Positions 46,451 through 54,911 of a stretch of DNA of 64,000 bases are shown piece by piece. Position numbers and translations under genes: made by a program. The notes under the pieces were generated by a model, which saw only the letters and a program-made list of their open reading frames with translations, made no database searches and was not told where the DNA came from. Within the stretch, counting starts at the first letter, position 1. Each line of letters starts with the position of its first letter. Origin of the DNA: an uncultured Planctomycetia bacterium (GTDB taxonomy: Bacteria; Planctomycetota; JAKEIC01; CAZDSO01); assembly GCA_964508045.1 (NCBI GenBank), contig CAZDSO010000001.1:746-64745 (forward strand). Reading direction: 5' to 3'.

Positions 46451-48136
46451 TCACTTCGACTTGCCCCCGGGCCCCCCCTCGATCCCGTAGTCCTTCAGCT
46501 TCCGCCACAGCGTGTTCACGCCGATCCCGAGCGCCTTCGCCGTGTTCTGGCGGTGCCCCTCGAAACGGTCCAGAACACTCAAGATGTGGCGCCGTTCCAC
46601 ATCCCGGAGAGCCACGGCCTCCTCCGACGATTCGTCCGAGCGGCGGGCGCCTCCACGCGACACGTCGATGGGGAGATCCTCCTTCCGGACCCGGTCCCCC
46701 GCAGTGAGCACCACCGCTCTCTCCAGGATGTTCTCCAACTCCCGCACGTTGCCCGGCCAGTCGTAGAGAGCCAGCGCCTTCAGCGCCTCGGGGCTCAGCG
46801 TGTTCACCTTCTTCCCCGTGCTGTGGGAAAACCGCGTCAGGAAGTGCCGGGCCAGGGGAACGATGTCCTCCCGGCGTTCCCGCAACGGCGGCACCACGAT
46901 GGGGAACACCTTCAACCGGTAGTAGAGATCCTCGCGAAACGTGCCGTCGGCGACCATCCGGTCGAGGTCCTGGTTCGTCGCCGCGATGATCCGGACGTTG
47001 ACCGGCGTGCCCCGGTTGCCCCCCACCGGCCGGACCTCCTTCTCCTGGATCACCCGCAGCAGTTTCACCTGCGTGGCGGGCGACATGTCCCCGATCTCGT
47101 CCAGAAGGATCGTCCCCCGGTGCGCCGCCTCGAACAGCCCCTTCCGTCCCTCCACCGCCCCCGTGAAGGAACCCTTCACATGACCGAACAGCTCGCTCTC
47201 CAGGAGCGTCTCCGGGAGGGCGCTGCAGTTCACGGCCACGAAGGGGGCCCTGGCGCGTCCGGAATACTCGTGGATCAGCCGGGCGAAGAGCTCCTTCCCC
47301 GTTCCGCTCTCCCCGACCAGAAGGACGGTGGCGTCCGCCACGGCGACCTGCAGCGCCAGCTTCAGACACTGCTCCATCGGCTTCGAGCTGCCGATGATCC
47401 CCACGCGCCGGGCCATGGCATAGACGTCCATCTGGCCTCCCGCGCGCTCCTCCTCCGTCGGAGCGCCCGGCTGGGAAGGGAGGTTCCCCATCTTGGAAAG
47501 GTCGTCCCCCATGTCGGGAAACCGGAGCAGATCGAGGTCCTCCTGGGCCTCCTCTCCCCACTCCGAGGCGGGTTTTCCCGAGAAACGGCACGTCTCCGCC
47601 CGGCCCGTGGCGATGCATTCGGTTTCGCGGACCAGGACCTCCTTCCCCCACCAGGCCGAGCCGAAGCCGCTGAGATAGCCGGAAAGGAGCCAGCAGACCT
47701 GGGCCGGCGCCGTTCCCAGAAAATGCTGGTGCCACAGCGCTTCCCAGGAATTCTTCCAGGACCCCTCGAGGACGAGCTCGCCCTTCTCGCGGTCGAAGGT
47801 GAACGCATCCAGGGAAACCCGCGCGATCCCCTTGAAGGAGAGGAAACGGACGCCTCCCCGGAAGAGATCCTCCTCGGATTCCCAGGTGTATCCCTTTCTC
47901 AGGGACTGGCAGTCCGTGTAGCCGGCCGAGAAGCCGAGCCGAAGAAGGCAGGCCTTCGTCCGTTGCCATCCGAGGCCGCGAACGAGTTCCCGGTGCAGGA
48001 TCCCGAGAAACCCCTCGTCCGCGATCACCTGTCTCCGGTCGTAGAACCGGATCGCCATCTCCTCGGGATCGAAGGTGAGCAGATCGAAGAAATTGATCTC
48101 GGACGCTCGCAAGGAGGGGTAGCCTTTGGTTTCCAT
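46451..48136 (-). CDS. sigma-54-dependent transcriptional activator with XylR_N/V4R-type sensor domain
   Basis: N-terminus [33 protein letters not shown]...[11 protein letters not shown] is XylR/DmpR-like. AAA+ core: [35 protein letters not shown]: [22 protein letters not shown]. Confidence 0.9.
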   Translation of the reverse strand: METKGYPSLRASEINFFDLLTFDPEEMAIRFYDRRQVIADEGFLGILHRELVRGLGWQRTKACLLRLGFSAGYTDCQSLRKGYTWESEEDLFRGGVRFLSFKGIARVSLDAFTFDREKGELVLEGSWKNSWEALWHQHFLGTAPAQVCWLLSGYLSGFGSAWWGKEVLVRETECIATGRAETCRFSGKPASEWGEEAQEDLDLLRFPDMGDDLSKMGNLPSQPGAPTEEERAGGQMDVYAMARRVGIIGSSKPMEQCLKLALQVAVADATVLLVGESGTGKELFARLIHEYSGRARAPFVAVNCSALPETLLESELFGHVKGSFTGAVEGRKGLFEAAHRGTILLDEIGDMSPATQVKLLRVIQEKEVRPVGGNRGTPVNVRIIAATNQDLDRMVADGTFREDLYYRLKVFPIVVPPLRERREDIVPLARHFLTRFSHSTGKKVNTLSPEALKALALYDWPGNVRELENILERAVVLTAGDRVRKEDLPIDVSRGGARRSDESSEEAVALRDVERRHILSVLDRFEGHRQNTAKALGIGVNTLWRKLKDYGIEGGPGGKSK

Positions 48137-48271
48137 GATGGAAGCCTCACCATTCCAAAACGGGACCTTTCTTCCCGGTCCCGCAATGTAGCAAATCCAG
48201 TTGTTTTTTCAAGTGATTTCTAACTTGTTGATATATATGATATTAGATTTTCCATCCTTTTTCGATCCTGA

Positions 48272-48290
48272 TTGGGCATGCTTGTTGCTT
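48272..48290 (+). promoter_or_regulatory. candidate sigma-54 (-24/-12) promoter, divergent from the XylR-type activator gene
   Basis: TTGGGCATGCTTGTTGCTT has GG(48275-76)-N10-GC(48287-88), with GGCA at -24 and a perfect TTGCT at -12. It sits in an AT-rich intergenic region 136 nt from the activator start codon. Confidence 0.5.
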
Positions 48291-48299
48291 TATCAGTCC

Positions 48300-48557
48300 A
48301 GTGAAAACACGAAGCGAAGAAAGGACAAATGAAATACAAAGGAGCTTTGGTGGCGGCGCGGGGTTCGGGCCACAACTAGATACGATTCCGGCGGTTGTTG
48401 ACGATGCCTGGCTCTCCATCCATGATGCCGCCGGGTGCCCGAACCCTGCCGCTCTTTTTCGGGAGACGTTTTTTTCTGAACACGGGTTGAATTTGCAAAG
48501 CCCTCTCTTTTCGCCACGGCGGGGGAGCATTTCACGATGCCCCCCGCCCTATTTTTT
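48300..48557 (+). ncRNA. candidate sigma-54-dependent small RNA or leader (unclassified)
   Basis: The span runs from the predicted sigma-54 promoter to the intrinsic terminator. It contains a nested long stem-loop: 48358-48370 pairs with 48437-48449, and ccggcgg at 48388-94 pairs with ccgccgg at 48428-34. There is no convincing ORF, only a 16-codon micro-ORF at 48329-48379. No plus-strand gene lies downstream. Confidence 0.3.
48518..48557 (+). terminator. intrinsic terminator (plus strand)
   Basis: Stem ggcgggggagcat / atgccccccgcc (12 bp plus one bulged A) with loop ttcacg, followed by cta + TTTTTT (48552-57). The opposite strand has no U tract. Confidence 0.65.
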
Positions 48558-48717
48558 GGGTACCCTCACAAGGCGCATCACCGTCCCCCAGCGGGCAAAC
48601 AGCCGGATACGGCAAGTCCTTCGACCCTGTCAGAATAAGGTCATGTGAATCAGGCTCGAAAAGACTGCGCAGCACGGGAAGGGCTCTCGCGAAAACCTCA
48701 TGGAGAGATGCAGCGGT

Positions 48718-50565
48718 TCAGCGCGCCAGCGGGGCGGGAACCCTTTCCTCCGGGTTGTTCTGCCGGTCCTTCTGGTCCTGGTCCCCGCGATCCTTGTAGA
48801 TCATCAGGACCCTCGCCCGGGAAAGATTGGCGAAATGGGGTTCCTCGTAGGCTTTCCGTTTTGGAAGCTCCCGGTCCGGCTCCATGAATTCCACGAAGAC
48901 GCGGACCCCCGGCAGGAAGCGGAAATCCGCTTCCGACAGGGGGCCGGCGCGGGGATTCTTCATGGCCCGCTCGAACATCTGGTCGAACACCTTTCTCAAC
49001 ACGGGCCACTTCACGGCGTCCTCGAAGTAGATGAAGTCCACCTCGAGATCGGAGAGCATCTCGTGCAGGAACCGCCGGGTCCGAAGGCGCCACAGCTTGC
49101 GGAACGGCGGCCCGATGATGCGGGACTCCCCTTCCTCGCCCCCCTCGTCGTCGCGGTGCAGCCCTTCGATGAAGAAGAGATGCGGGCAGAGGAGAAAGCC
49201 GTTGCCGGCGCGAAAGGTCAGGCCGGACGCGATCTTCATGAGGCGCGACAGGCCCCGGTAGAAATCCCTCCGCTTGGTGATGAAGTCGAAATGGTCGAGC
49301 AGGAAGAGGCGTTCCCCGTCGGGGAGTCCCTCGAAGTTCCTCTTGAGGGAGGGCGCGGTCCCCTTCGCGCCGCGTCTTCCTTCCGGATCGTAGTCCAGGT
49401 CGGCCTTCTCGGCGCCGGGGGCTCTCGGGGAGGGGAGGAAGCGCCAGTCGCCGGGCGCGCGCCCCTCGAGGCGTCCCGGTTCGTGGCCCAGGGTCTTTCG
49501 TCTGGGCTTGCCGGGGTTGGCGAGGAACCACGCCGCATCCATCCACACGGCGTGAAAGGTGACCGGAAGAAGGAAGAGGAGGGAGACGAAGGCGGCGGCC
49601 CGGCCGAGGAGCACGGTCGCTTCCATCCCGGCCGGGGCTTCGGGAAGCGAGAGGGGAAGCTGCAAGGCGCCGGGAACGGCGCGGGCGCCGGCGGCGAGGC
49701 AGAGAAGGCACGTCACCCACAAGCAGGCGATCGCCATGACGGTGTGTTCCACGGAGACGATCCCCGTCCGCCGGACGGTACGCCGTTCGAGGTGGTGGAC
49801 CAGAAGGGCCGGGGCTTCTCCGGGGCGGGGGAGGGCGAGGAGAGCCAGATGGAGAAGGGTCAGGAAGACGCCCGCGGCGAAGAGGCCGCGCGGCCCGAAG
49901 AGGATCTCGAGTCCCGCCGCGCCCAGCAGGACGACGGCGCCCACGGCCAGCGCCTTGCGGGGAAGGCGCGGGTGGGCGCGGCGGACGGCGGGATTCTCGC
50001 GAAGGGCGGGCTCCTGGACGAGGGTCTGGAAGTAGAAGAAGGCCCCGGAGGCGGCGACCAGGATGGTCACGCCGAGGACCAGCCAGACGGCGCCGACCAG
50101 GAAGACGAAGAGGAGTCCGGAAAGCCGCCGGGATCCCTCGAGGAGGGCCGCGGGAAAGGGGGCGAAGGCGCAGGAAGCGGCGAGGAGCGCGAACAGGAGG
50201 ACGGCGATGCCCTGCAGCAGGCGGAATCGGGGCTCGCGGGCCGAGGGTCGGAAGTCGAGGCCGAAGCGGAAGTGGAACCGGCGCCGGAGCGCGCCCAGGG
50301 CGTCCTGGAATCCTTTCGCGACGGCGCCGGCGAGGGGGGCCGACGCCCGCCCGAAGAAGAAGGGCGTCCAGACGGCGGCCGCCACGGCGAAGACCAAAAA
50401 CCCCTGCCAGTCGGCCTCGACGGTGCGTCCGGAGGCCTCGACGGCCACGACCAGTCCGGCGGCGAGGGTGAGGTCGATCAGGAGCCCGCCGGTCCAGCGG
50501 GAGAGCCTGGTGAGTCGCCCGCGGTAGAGGCCGGGCAGGGTGGTTCGATGCGATCGCATACACAT
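48718..50565 (-). CDS. polytopic membrane protein with an uncharacterised ~270-aa C-terminal soluble domain
   Basis: 615-aa ORF. About 8-10 hydrophobic segments lie in the first ~340 aa. The C-terminal domain (LFLLDHFDFITKRRDFYRGL...FIYFEDAVKWPVLRKVFDQMFERA...) has no motif I recognise. Confidence 0.6.
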   Translation of the reverse strand: MCMRSHRTTLPGLYRGRLTRLSRWTGGLLIDLTLAAGLVVAVEASGRTVEADWQGFLVFAVAAAVWTPFFFGRASAPLAGAVAKGFQDALGALRRRFHFRFGLDFRPSAREPRFRLLQGIAVLLFALLAASCAFAPFPAALLEGSRRLSGLLFVFLVGAVWLVLGVTILVAASGAFFYFQTLVQEPALRENPAVRRAHPRLPRKALAVGAVVLLGAAGLEILFGPRGLFAAGVFLTLLHLALLALPRPGEAPALLVHHLERRTVRRTGIVSVEHTVMAIACLWVTCLLCLAAGARAVPGALQLPLSLPEAPAGMEATVLLGRAAAFVSLLFLLPVTFHAVWMDAAWFLANPGKPRRKTLGHEPGRLEGRAPGDWRFLPSPRAPGAEKADLDYDPEGRRGAKGTAPSLKRNFEGLPDGERLFLLDHFDFITKRRDFYRGLSRLMKIASGLTFRAGNGFLLCPHLFFIEGLHRDDEGGEEGESRIIGPPFRKLWRLRTRRFLHEMLSDLEVDFIYFEDAVKWPVLRKVFDQMFERAMKNPRAGPLSEADFRFLPGVRVFVEFMEPDRELPKRKAYEEPHFANLSRARVLMIYKDRGDQDQKDRQNNPEERVPAPLAR

Positions 50566-50800
50566 CCATCATACCAGCTCGGAGGCGTCCACGGGGTTTC
50601 CTGAACATTTCGAGCCATTCGCGGTGCAAGTACGTTGTAGTCTTCCCTTTCTTTCCGTAGCAGAGGAATCCAAGCGCCGGGGTCCTTCGACCGCCGCCGC
50701 CTGTCTTGCCGATGCAAGGGCTATGGCGGGTCCTTCGGAGACCCTCGCCCTCCCAGTTTTCATGGTTTCCGGGAGAGCCGAAGGCTCATGGCTGACTCCC

Positions 50801-50828
50801 ATCTGAAATCTACAATCCCTACGCGACG
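50801..50828. repeat. solo right-end-type unit of the GATTTCAG repeat family
   Basis: atctgaaatctacaatccctacgcgacg compares with aatctgaaatccctacgcgacg at 1566-1587. Confidence 0.55.
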
Positions 50829-50871
50829 TCAACCCGGAGTCGGTGACACCGCGAACGGCCCGGAACGAGAA

Positions 50872-51984
50872 TCACGGAATGACCTCGATGACCTCGACGG
50901 GCTTGGAGATGCCCTTGGCGCGGATGCAGCCCACCACGTTGAACCGCATCTTGCCCTTGATCTCCTTCGAGAGGCTCGTCACGGCGTCGAACGTGCTCTG
51001 GGCGATGAGGATCTGGCCGCCCTTCGCGGCCTCGACGAGGCGGTGCCCGAGGTTCACGTGATGCCCCAGCACGGTGTACTGCATCCGTTTGTCGGACCCG
51101 ATGTTCCCCACCATCATCTCGCCGGTGTTGATACCGATGCCGAGTTTCAGGGGTTCGCGCTTCCGGCCCTGCCACCGGTCGATGAGGCTCTCCTGGGCCC
51201 GCTGCATCTCCACGGCGACCTCGAGCGCGCTCAGGGCGTGGCGCTCGTCCGGGATGGGGGCGCCGAAGAGGGCCATCACCTCGTCCCCGACCACCTTGTC
51301 CAGCGTGGCCTCGTGCTTGTCGATGATGTTGATCATCGTGGCGAGGTACTCGTTGATGGTGTCGCGGACCTCCTCGGGCTGCATCGTCTCGGACACGGAG
51401 GTGAATCCCCTCAGGTCCGCGAAGAGGACGGTCATGGTCTTCCGTTCGGCCTTGAAGAAATCCTGTTTCAGGGCCTGCATCTTCTGGATGACCGCCGGCG
51501 AGACGAAGCGCTGGAACATCTGCTCCAGGTTCCTGAGGTCGGTGAGATCCTGGATCAGGATCTGGGGCTTGCCGTCTCCCACGGTGACCCGGATCCGCAG
51601 GTGCACTTCCTTGTCCTGCTTCTTGTCGAAGTAGGTGCGCTCCACCGTGACGGGAACGTTCCCCTCCCGCGCGTCGGCGATCATGGTGAGGAAGAGGCCC
51701 GGGCCCCACTCGAACACGTCGATCTCCTTCACGGAACTTCCGACGACGTTCTCGCGGTCGATCCCCAGCGCGTTGGCCAGCGCGGAATTGATGTACTCGA
51801 TCTTGTCGTTCTCGTCGAGCTGGATCACCTTCTCCTCGAGGCCGGCGATGCTGCGCATGCCTCCCGAGGCCTGCGTGCCTTCCCGTTTCAGGCGGCGGAT
51901 CGTGCGGCGGAGCTCCGCCACCTCCTCGAGAAGGTCTTTCCGGTTGGTGATGCGATCGAACAGACCCATTCGCCGCTCCCGCAT
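50872..51984 (-). CDS. PAS-domain class III adenylate/guanylate cyclase
   Basis: CHD motifs VLFADLRGFTSVSE, KVVGDEVMALFGAP and GINTGEMMVGNIGS. The N-terminal region is PAS-like (IEYINSALANALGIDRENVVGSSV). Confidence 0.88.
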   Translation of the reverse strand: MRERRMGLFDRITNRKDLLEEVAELRRTIRRLKREGTQASGGMRSIAGLEEKVIQLDENDKIEYINSALANALGIDRENVVGSSVKEIDVFEWGPGLFLTMIADAREGNVPVTVERTYFDKKQDKEVHLRIRVTVGDGKPQILIQDLTDLRNLEQMFQRFVSPAVIQKMQALKQDFFKAERKTMTVLFADLRGFTSVSETMQPEEVRDTINEYLATMINIIDKHEATLDKVVGDEVMALFGAPIPDERHALSALEVAVEMQRAQESLIDRWQGRKREPLKLGIGINTGEMMVGNIGSDKRMQYTVLGHHVNLGHRLVEAAKGGQILIAQSTFDAVTSLSKEIKGKMRFNVVGCIRAKGISKPVEVIEVIP

Positions 51985-52063
51985 ACCGGTCCGAAAGAGC
52001 GAAAGAGAGGCCGGCTCCCGGGTCTCCGGAGGGATCAGGGACGCTCGGGGCCGTCTTCGATCG

Positions 52064-52294
52064 TCAGGCCGGCTTGACCACGACGCCCTTCTTCAGGCAC
52101 CGCGTGCACACATGGACGCGCTGGACCGATCCGTTGACCACGGCCCGGACGCGCTGGATGTTCGGCTTGAACGTGCGGTGGGACTTCCCCGTGATCCGGC
52201 GGCCGACGCCCCCCTTGGCCTTGGCCAGGCCGCGCCGGGCGTACTGATTGCCGACCTGCGTCTTCTTCCCGCAATAATCGCATTTCCTGGACAT
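52064..52294 (-). CDS. rpmB: 50S ribosomal protein L28
   Basis: The ATG at 52294 gives MSRKCDYCGKKTQVGNQYARRGLAKAKGGVGRRITGKSHRTFKPNIQRV. The 18 codons upstream in the track ORF are not L28-like. Confidence 0.9.
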   Translation of the reverse strand: MSRKCDYCGKKTQVGNQYARRGLAKAKGGVGRRITGKSHRTFKPNIQRVRAVVNGSVQRVHVCTRCLKKGVVVKPA

Positions 52295-52376
52295 GATCCA
52301 TCCCCTGCATGAACGCGGAAATCCTATCAGTCCGCAGAGGGAATGCAAGGATTTTGTCGGGCGTTTCCAGCCGGGA

Positions 52377-54716
52377 TCAGTCGCGAAAGGGGAGCCTGCG
52401 GACCCGCAGGTAGAGAAGCCGCCCCCCGCCCCCCGCGGCGCCGAGCAGGACGCCCCCGCCGTCCTCCACCGTGCAGTCCCACCGGGTGCGCGTCTCGAAC
52501 AACTCGCCCGGCCCGGAGAGTGGAGGATCGGGCGGCTCGTACCGGGAGAGGTAGACCGACGCCGACAGCCCGAGCGTCTTTCCGAGAAGACCTCCCGTCA
52601 CCCGCCCCTCGAAGGACCAGCCGTCCAGGGCCGCCGCCGTGTCGTAGTCCCCGTCCTTCTCCGGATCGACCACGTAGGTGAACTGGCGCCCCCCCGAAAG
52701 ACAGAACCGCTTCCCCGCGCGACCGACGATCCGGAACCGCTCCTCCACCGTCGCGTCCTCTGCGGCCAGGGCCTTTTCCAGCCGCACGCATGCCGCGGCG
52801 TCCAGCGCCGGTCCGGAAAGCCCGAGACGCTCCATCCAGCCGGACGGGGCGGAAAGGACCCGACCCTCCACCAGCACGTACACGAGCCTCTTCGCGCGAA
52901 GATCGGTGAGAAACGCCTCCACCCGTTTCAGGACCTCCGCGTTGCTGCGTACGACGAGGTGGTTCTGCACGCATCGGACATGGTTGGGCGGCGTCCAGCT
53001 GTCGGGCTTGATGTTGTCCTGGATCATTCCCGAGAGCGTTTCGAGCGTCCAATCCGCCGAATCCGACTCCGCCTCCGGGAAGGCGAGAAAGCCCTCGTCC
53101 GCGGCCGGGAGGAAGGCCGGCGGGCGGCGCCGGAACGCGGGCACGCGAAGCAAGAGGTCGTGCACCGGAAACACCGCTTCCCTCCCTCTCTCGAGAAGAT
53201 CGTCGTCCGTCGTGACGAGGACCATGCCGCACTCGACCGTGTACGCCAGGCCCTTCAGGCTCAAAAGGAGATCGAGACCCTGGTCCAGCGGGATCTCCCG
53301 CACGACGAGAGCCACGAGAAGCTCGTCCTCGCTCTTTTCCTGGTAGACGCGCGGCTTGATCACGATGTTGATCCCGGCCCGCGACGCCAGCCAGTCCGTG
53401 ACCTCCCGAAGAGGCGTGTCCACGAAGTCGAGGGTGAGACGCTTTTCCGAGAGGATCCGGCGAAGGCGGGCATTCCCCGCGTCCTCCTCGCGCGGGCCGG
53501 TCGCCGGCGCCGGCCAGGGGCCGGGCTCGGCGCGGGCCAGCACGGCCAGGATCTCTCCCCCGGCTTCTCCCCTTCCGATCGGGGCGCTTCCCGCGGCGAG
53601 GAGGGCGGCCCCTCGCCGGGGCACGTGCGCCGACGTCTCGCACCGGAGAAAGGGGAGCCGGGCCAGGCCCGAGGGCGCCGCGTCGGCGCGGGAAGTGAAG
53701 AAACGCACCACGCAGTGGACGCCGTCCCCCCGGACGTAAGCCGGATGGACGTCCACCACCACGCCGTCGCGGGCCGTCATCCTGCGGGCCTCGCTTCCGG
53801 ACACGCCGGCGGGAAAGGAGAACGTCCGCCCGCTGGCAAGGCTGGACCGCCGGTTGTTGTACAGCGTGAGGCGAAAGGCGCCGGCGGGATGACGGAGCGC
53901 GCCCGCGGCCGCTTCGAGCCGGCGGACCTCGTCCTCGGAAAGCAGGACGCGCCCGCCCAATCCGTCGATCGTTTTCCCCGGCACGGGCAGCACCTTCACC
54001 GTCATTCCGATCTCCGGGCCCTGCTGCCGCTCGATTCCGGCCAGGCGCCTTCGGATCTCCCGGTGGACCTCCCGCGTGTGCCAGACCGCCAGCTGATCTC
54101 CGACGGAGGTGACCCGCTTCTCTCCCAGGTCCCAGGTATCCGGCGCGACGGTGTCCCGGACGTAGGCGATCACGTCCTCGACCGACAGGGACTCTTCCCA
54201 ATCCTCCGCGGAGAACACCGGGCTCCGGGGCGTTTCGTAGGCCTTGAAGAGATCCCGCACCTCGCCGGGGTGGTCCTTTCTCCCTTGCACGAGATCCGAG
54301 AGATCAAAGAAGACGAGGAACGTCTCCTCCATCTCCCAGGCCCCCTCGGGGGTGGTGATGAACAGCACGCCGTTCTTGAAGAGCCGACGGAGATCGGAAA
54401 ACCGCAGGAGGATCTCCAGCGCATCCAGCGCCTGGATGTCCCGGAGCTTGAGGTTGACGGTCCTCCCCTCCGCCTCGAAACGATCGACCACTTCCGGGTC
54501 CACCACGATGTTGACGCCGGTCTCGCGTCGCAGATAATCGACGACCACGGGGAGCGGGGCGTCGTTGAACTCGAAGCGCAATTTCTTCTTCTGCAGGACC
54601 TCGAGGATCTTCTTCTCCCCGGGTGGGGGCTCCATCGAGGGCCCCTGGGCGGCCGCCTGGGCAACGAGGCAGACCACGATACCCAGGGCCGCCAGATCCG
54701 TGAATCGGGTCTTCAT
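52377..54716 (-). CDS. secreted protein built from secretin-N/STN-like repeats, with no secretin pore domain recognised
   Basis: The ATG at 54716 gives signal MKTRFTDLAALGIVVCLVAQAAAQG. Repeats: KKLRFEFNDAPLPVVVDYLRRETGVNIVVDP and KRLTLDFVDTPLREVTDWLASRAGINIVIKP. Each is followed by a ..I...V.PD(S/T)W...... module. The upstream 485 codons of the track ORF are antisense to mtnP and the OMP gene. Confidence 0.65.
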   Translation of the reverse strand: MKTRFTDLAALGIVVCLVAQAAAQGPSMEPPPGEKKILEVLQKKKLRFEFNDAPLPVVVDYLRRETGVNIVVDPEVVDRFEAEGRTVNLKLRDIQALDALEILLRFSDLRRLFKNGVLFITTPEGAWEMEETFLVFFDLSDLVQGRKDHPGEVRDLFKAYETPRSPVFSAEDWEESLSVEDVIAYVRDTVAPDTWDLGEKRVTSVGDQLAVWHTREVHREIRRRLAGIERQQGPEIGMTVKVLPVPGKTIDGLGGRVLLSEDEVRRLEAAAGALRHPAGAFRLTLYNNRRSSLASGRTFSFPAGVSGSEARRMTARDGVVVDVHPAYVRGDGVHCVVRFFTSRADAAPSGLARLPFLRCETSAHVPRRGAALLAAGSAPIGRGEAGGEILAVLARAEPGPWPAPATGPREEDAGNARLRRILSEKRLTLDFVDTPLREVTDWLASRAGINIVIKPRVYQEKSEDELLVALVVREIPLDQGLDLLLSLKGLAYTVECGMVLVTTDDDLLERGREAVFPVHDLLLRVPAFRRRPPAFLPAADEGFLAFPEAESDSADWTLETLSGMIQDNIKPDSWTPPNHVRCVQNHLVVRSNAEVLKRVEAFLTDLRAKRLVYVLVEGRVLSAPSGWMERLGLSGPALDAAACVRLEKALAAEDATVEERFRIVGRAGKRFCLSGGRQFTYVVDPEKDGDYDTAAALDGWSFEGRVTGGLLGKTLGLSASVYLSRYEPPDPPLSGPGELFETRTRWDCTVEDGGGVLLGAAGGGGRLLYLRVRRLPFRD

Positions 54717-54757
54717 CGATCGACTCCTTCGGATGCGGCGGGATGGACCGGAATCAC

Positions 54758-54777
54758 CAATCTGAAATCTCCAATCC
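54758..54777. repeat. solo unit of the GATTTCAG repeat family
   Basis: caatctgaaatctccaatcc uses the same words as the right end of the 1344-1590 element (gaaatctccaatctgaaatcc). Confidence 0.5.
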
Positions 54778-54857
54778 ACAACCGCCGGGGTTGCAGGAAA
54801 CGCATGGCAGGTTCTTCGCCATGGATAGAACGGAATCCCCCCCTCCAAATGTTGCGG

Positions 54858-54886
54858 TTGTTCCCGCGGGCGTCCGGCGATAGAAT
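54858..54886 (+). promoter_or_regulatory. candidate sigma-70-type promoter for the phosphorylase gene
   Basis: TTGTTC (54858-63), 17-nt spacer, TAGAAT (54881-86). The ATG at 54912 is preceded by GGAGGAG. Confidence 0.3.
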
Positions 54887-54911
54887 AGGGCGTTTTCCGG
54901 ACGGAGGAGCC

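Noticed and set aside
48301-48648. 115-aa plus-strand ORF in the activator-divergent intergenic region
   Set aside because: It has a GTG start without an RBS and runs through two strong hairpins and an intrinsic terminator. The sequence is odd and non-repetitive with no motifs. A non-coding RNA interpretation is favoured, though it is not proven.
50566-50871. 87-88-aa ORFs in the gap between the membrane protein and the cyclase gene
   Set aside because: They have no RBS and no motifs, and they overlap each other on opposite strands. The region contains a repeat-family unit and is more likely regulatory.
54805-54820. Third sigma-54-like site TGGCAGGTTCTTCGCC upstream of mtnP
   Set aside because: The GG-N10-GC spacing is right, but the -12 element is TCGCC rather than TTGCW. 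A better sigma-70-type TTGTTC-N17-TAGAAT promoter lies closer to the gene.
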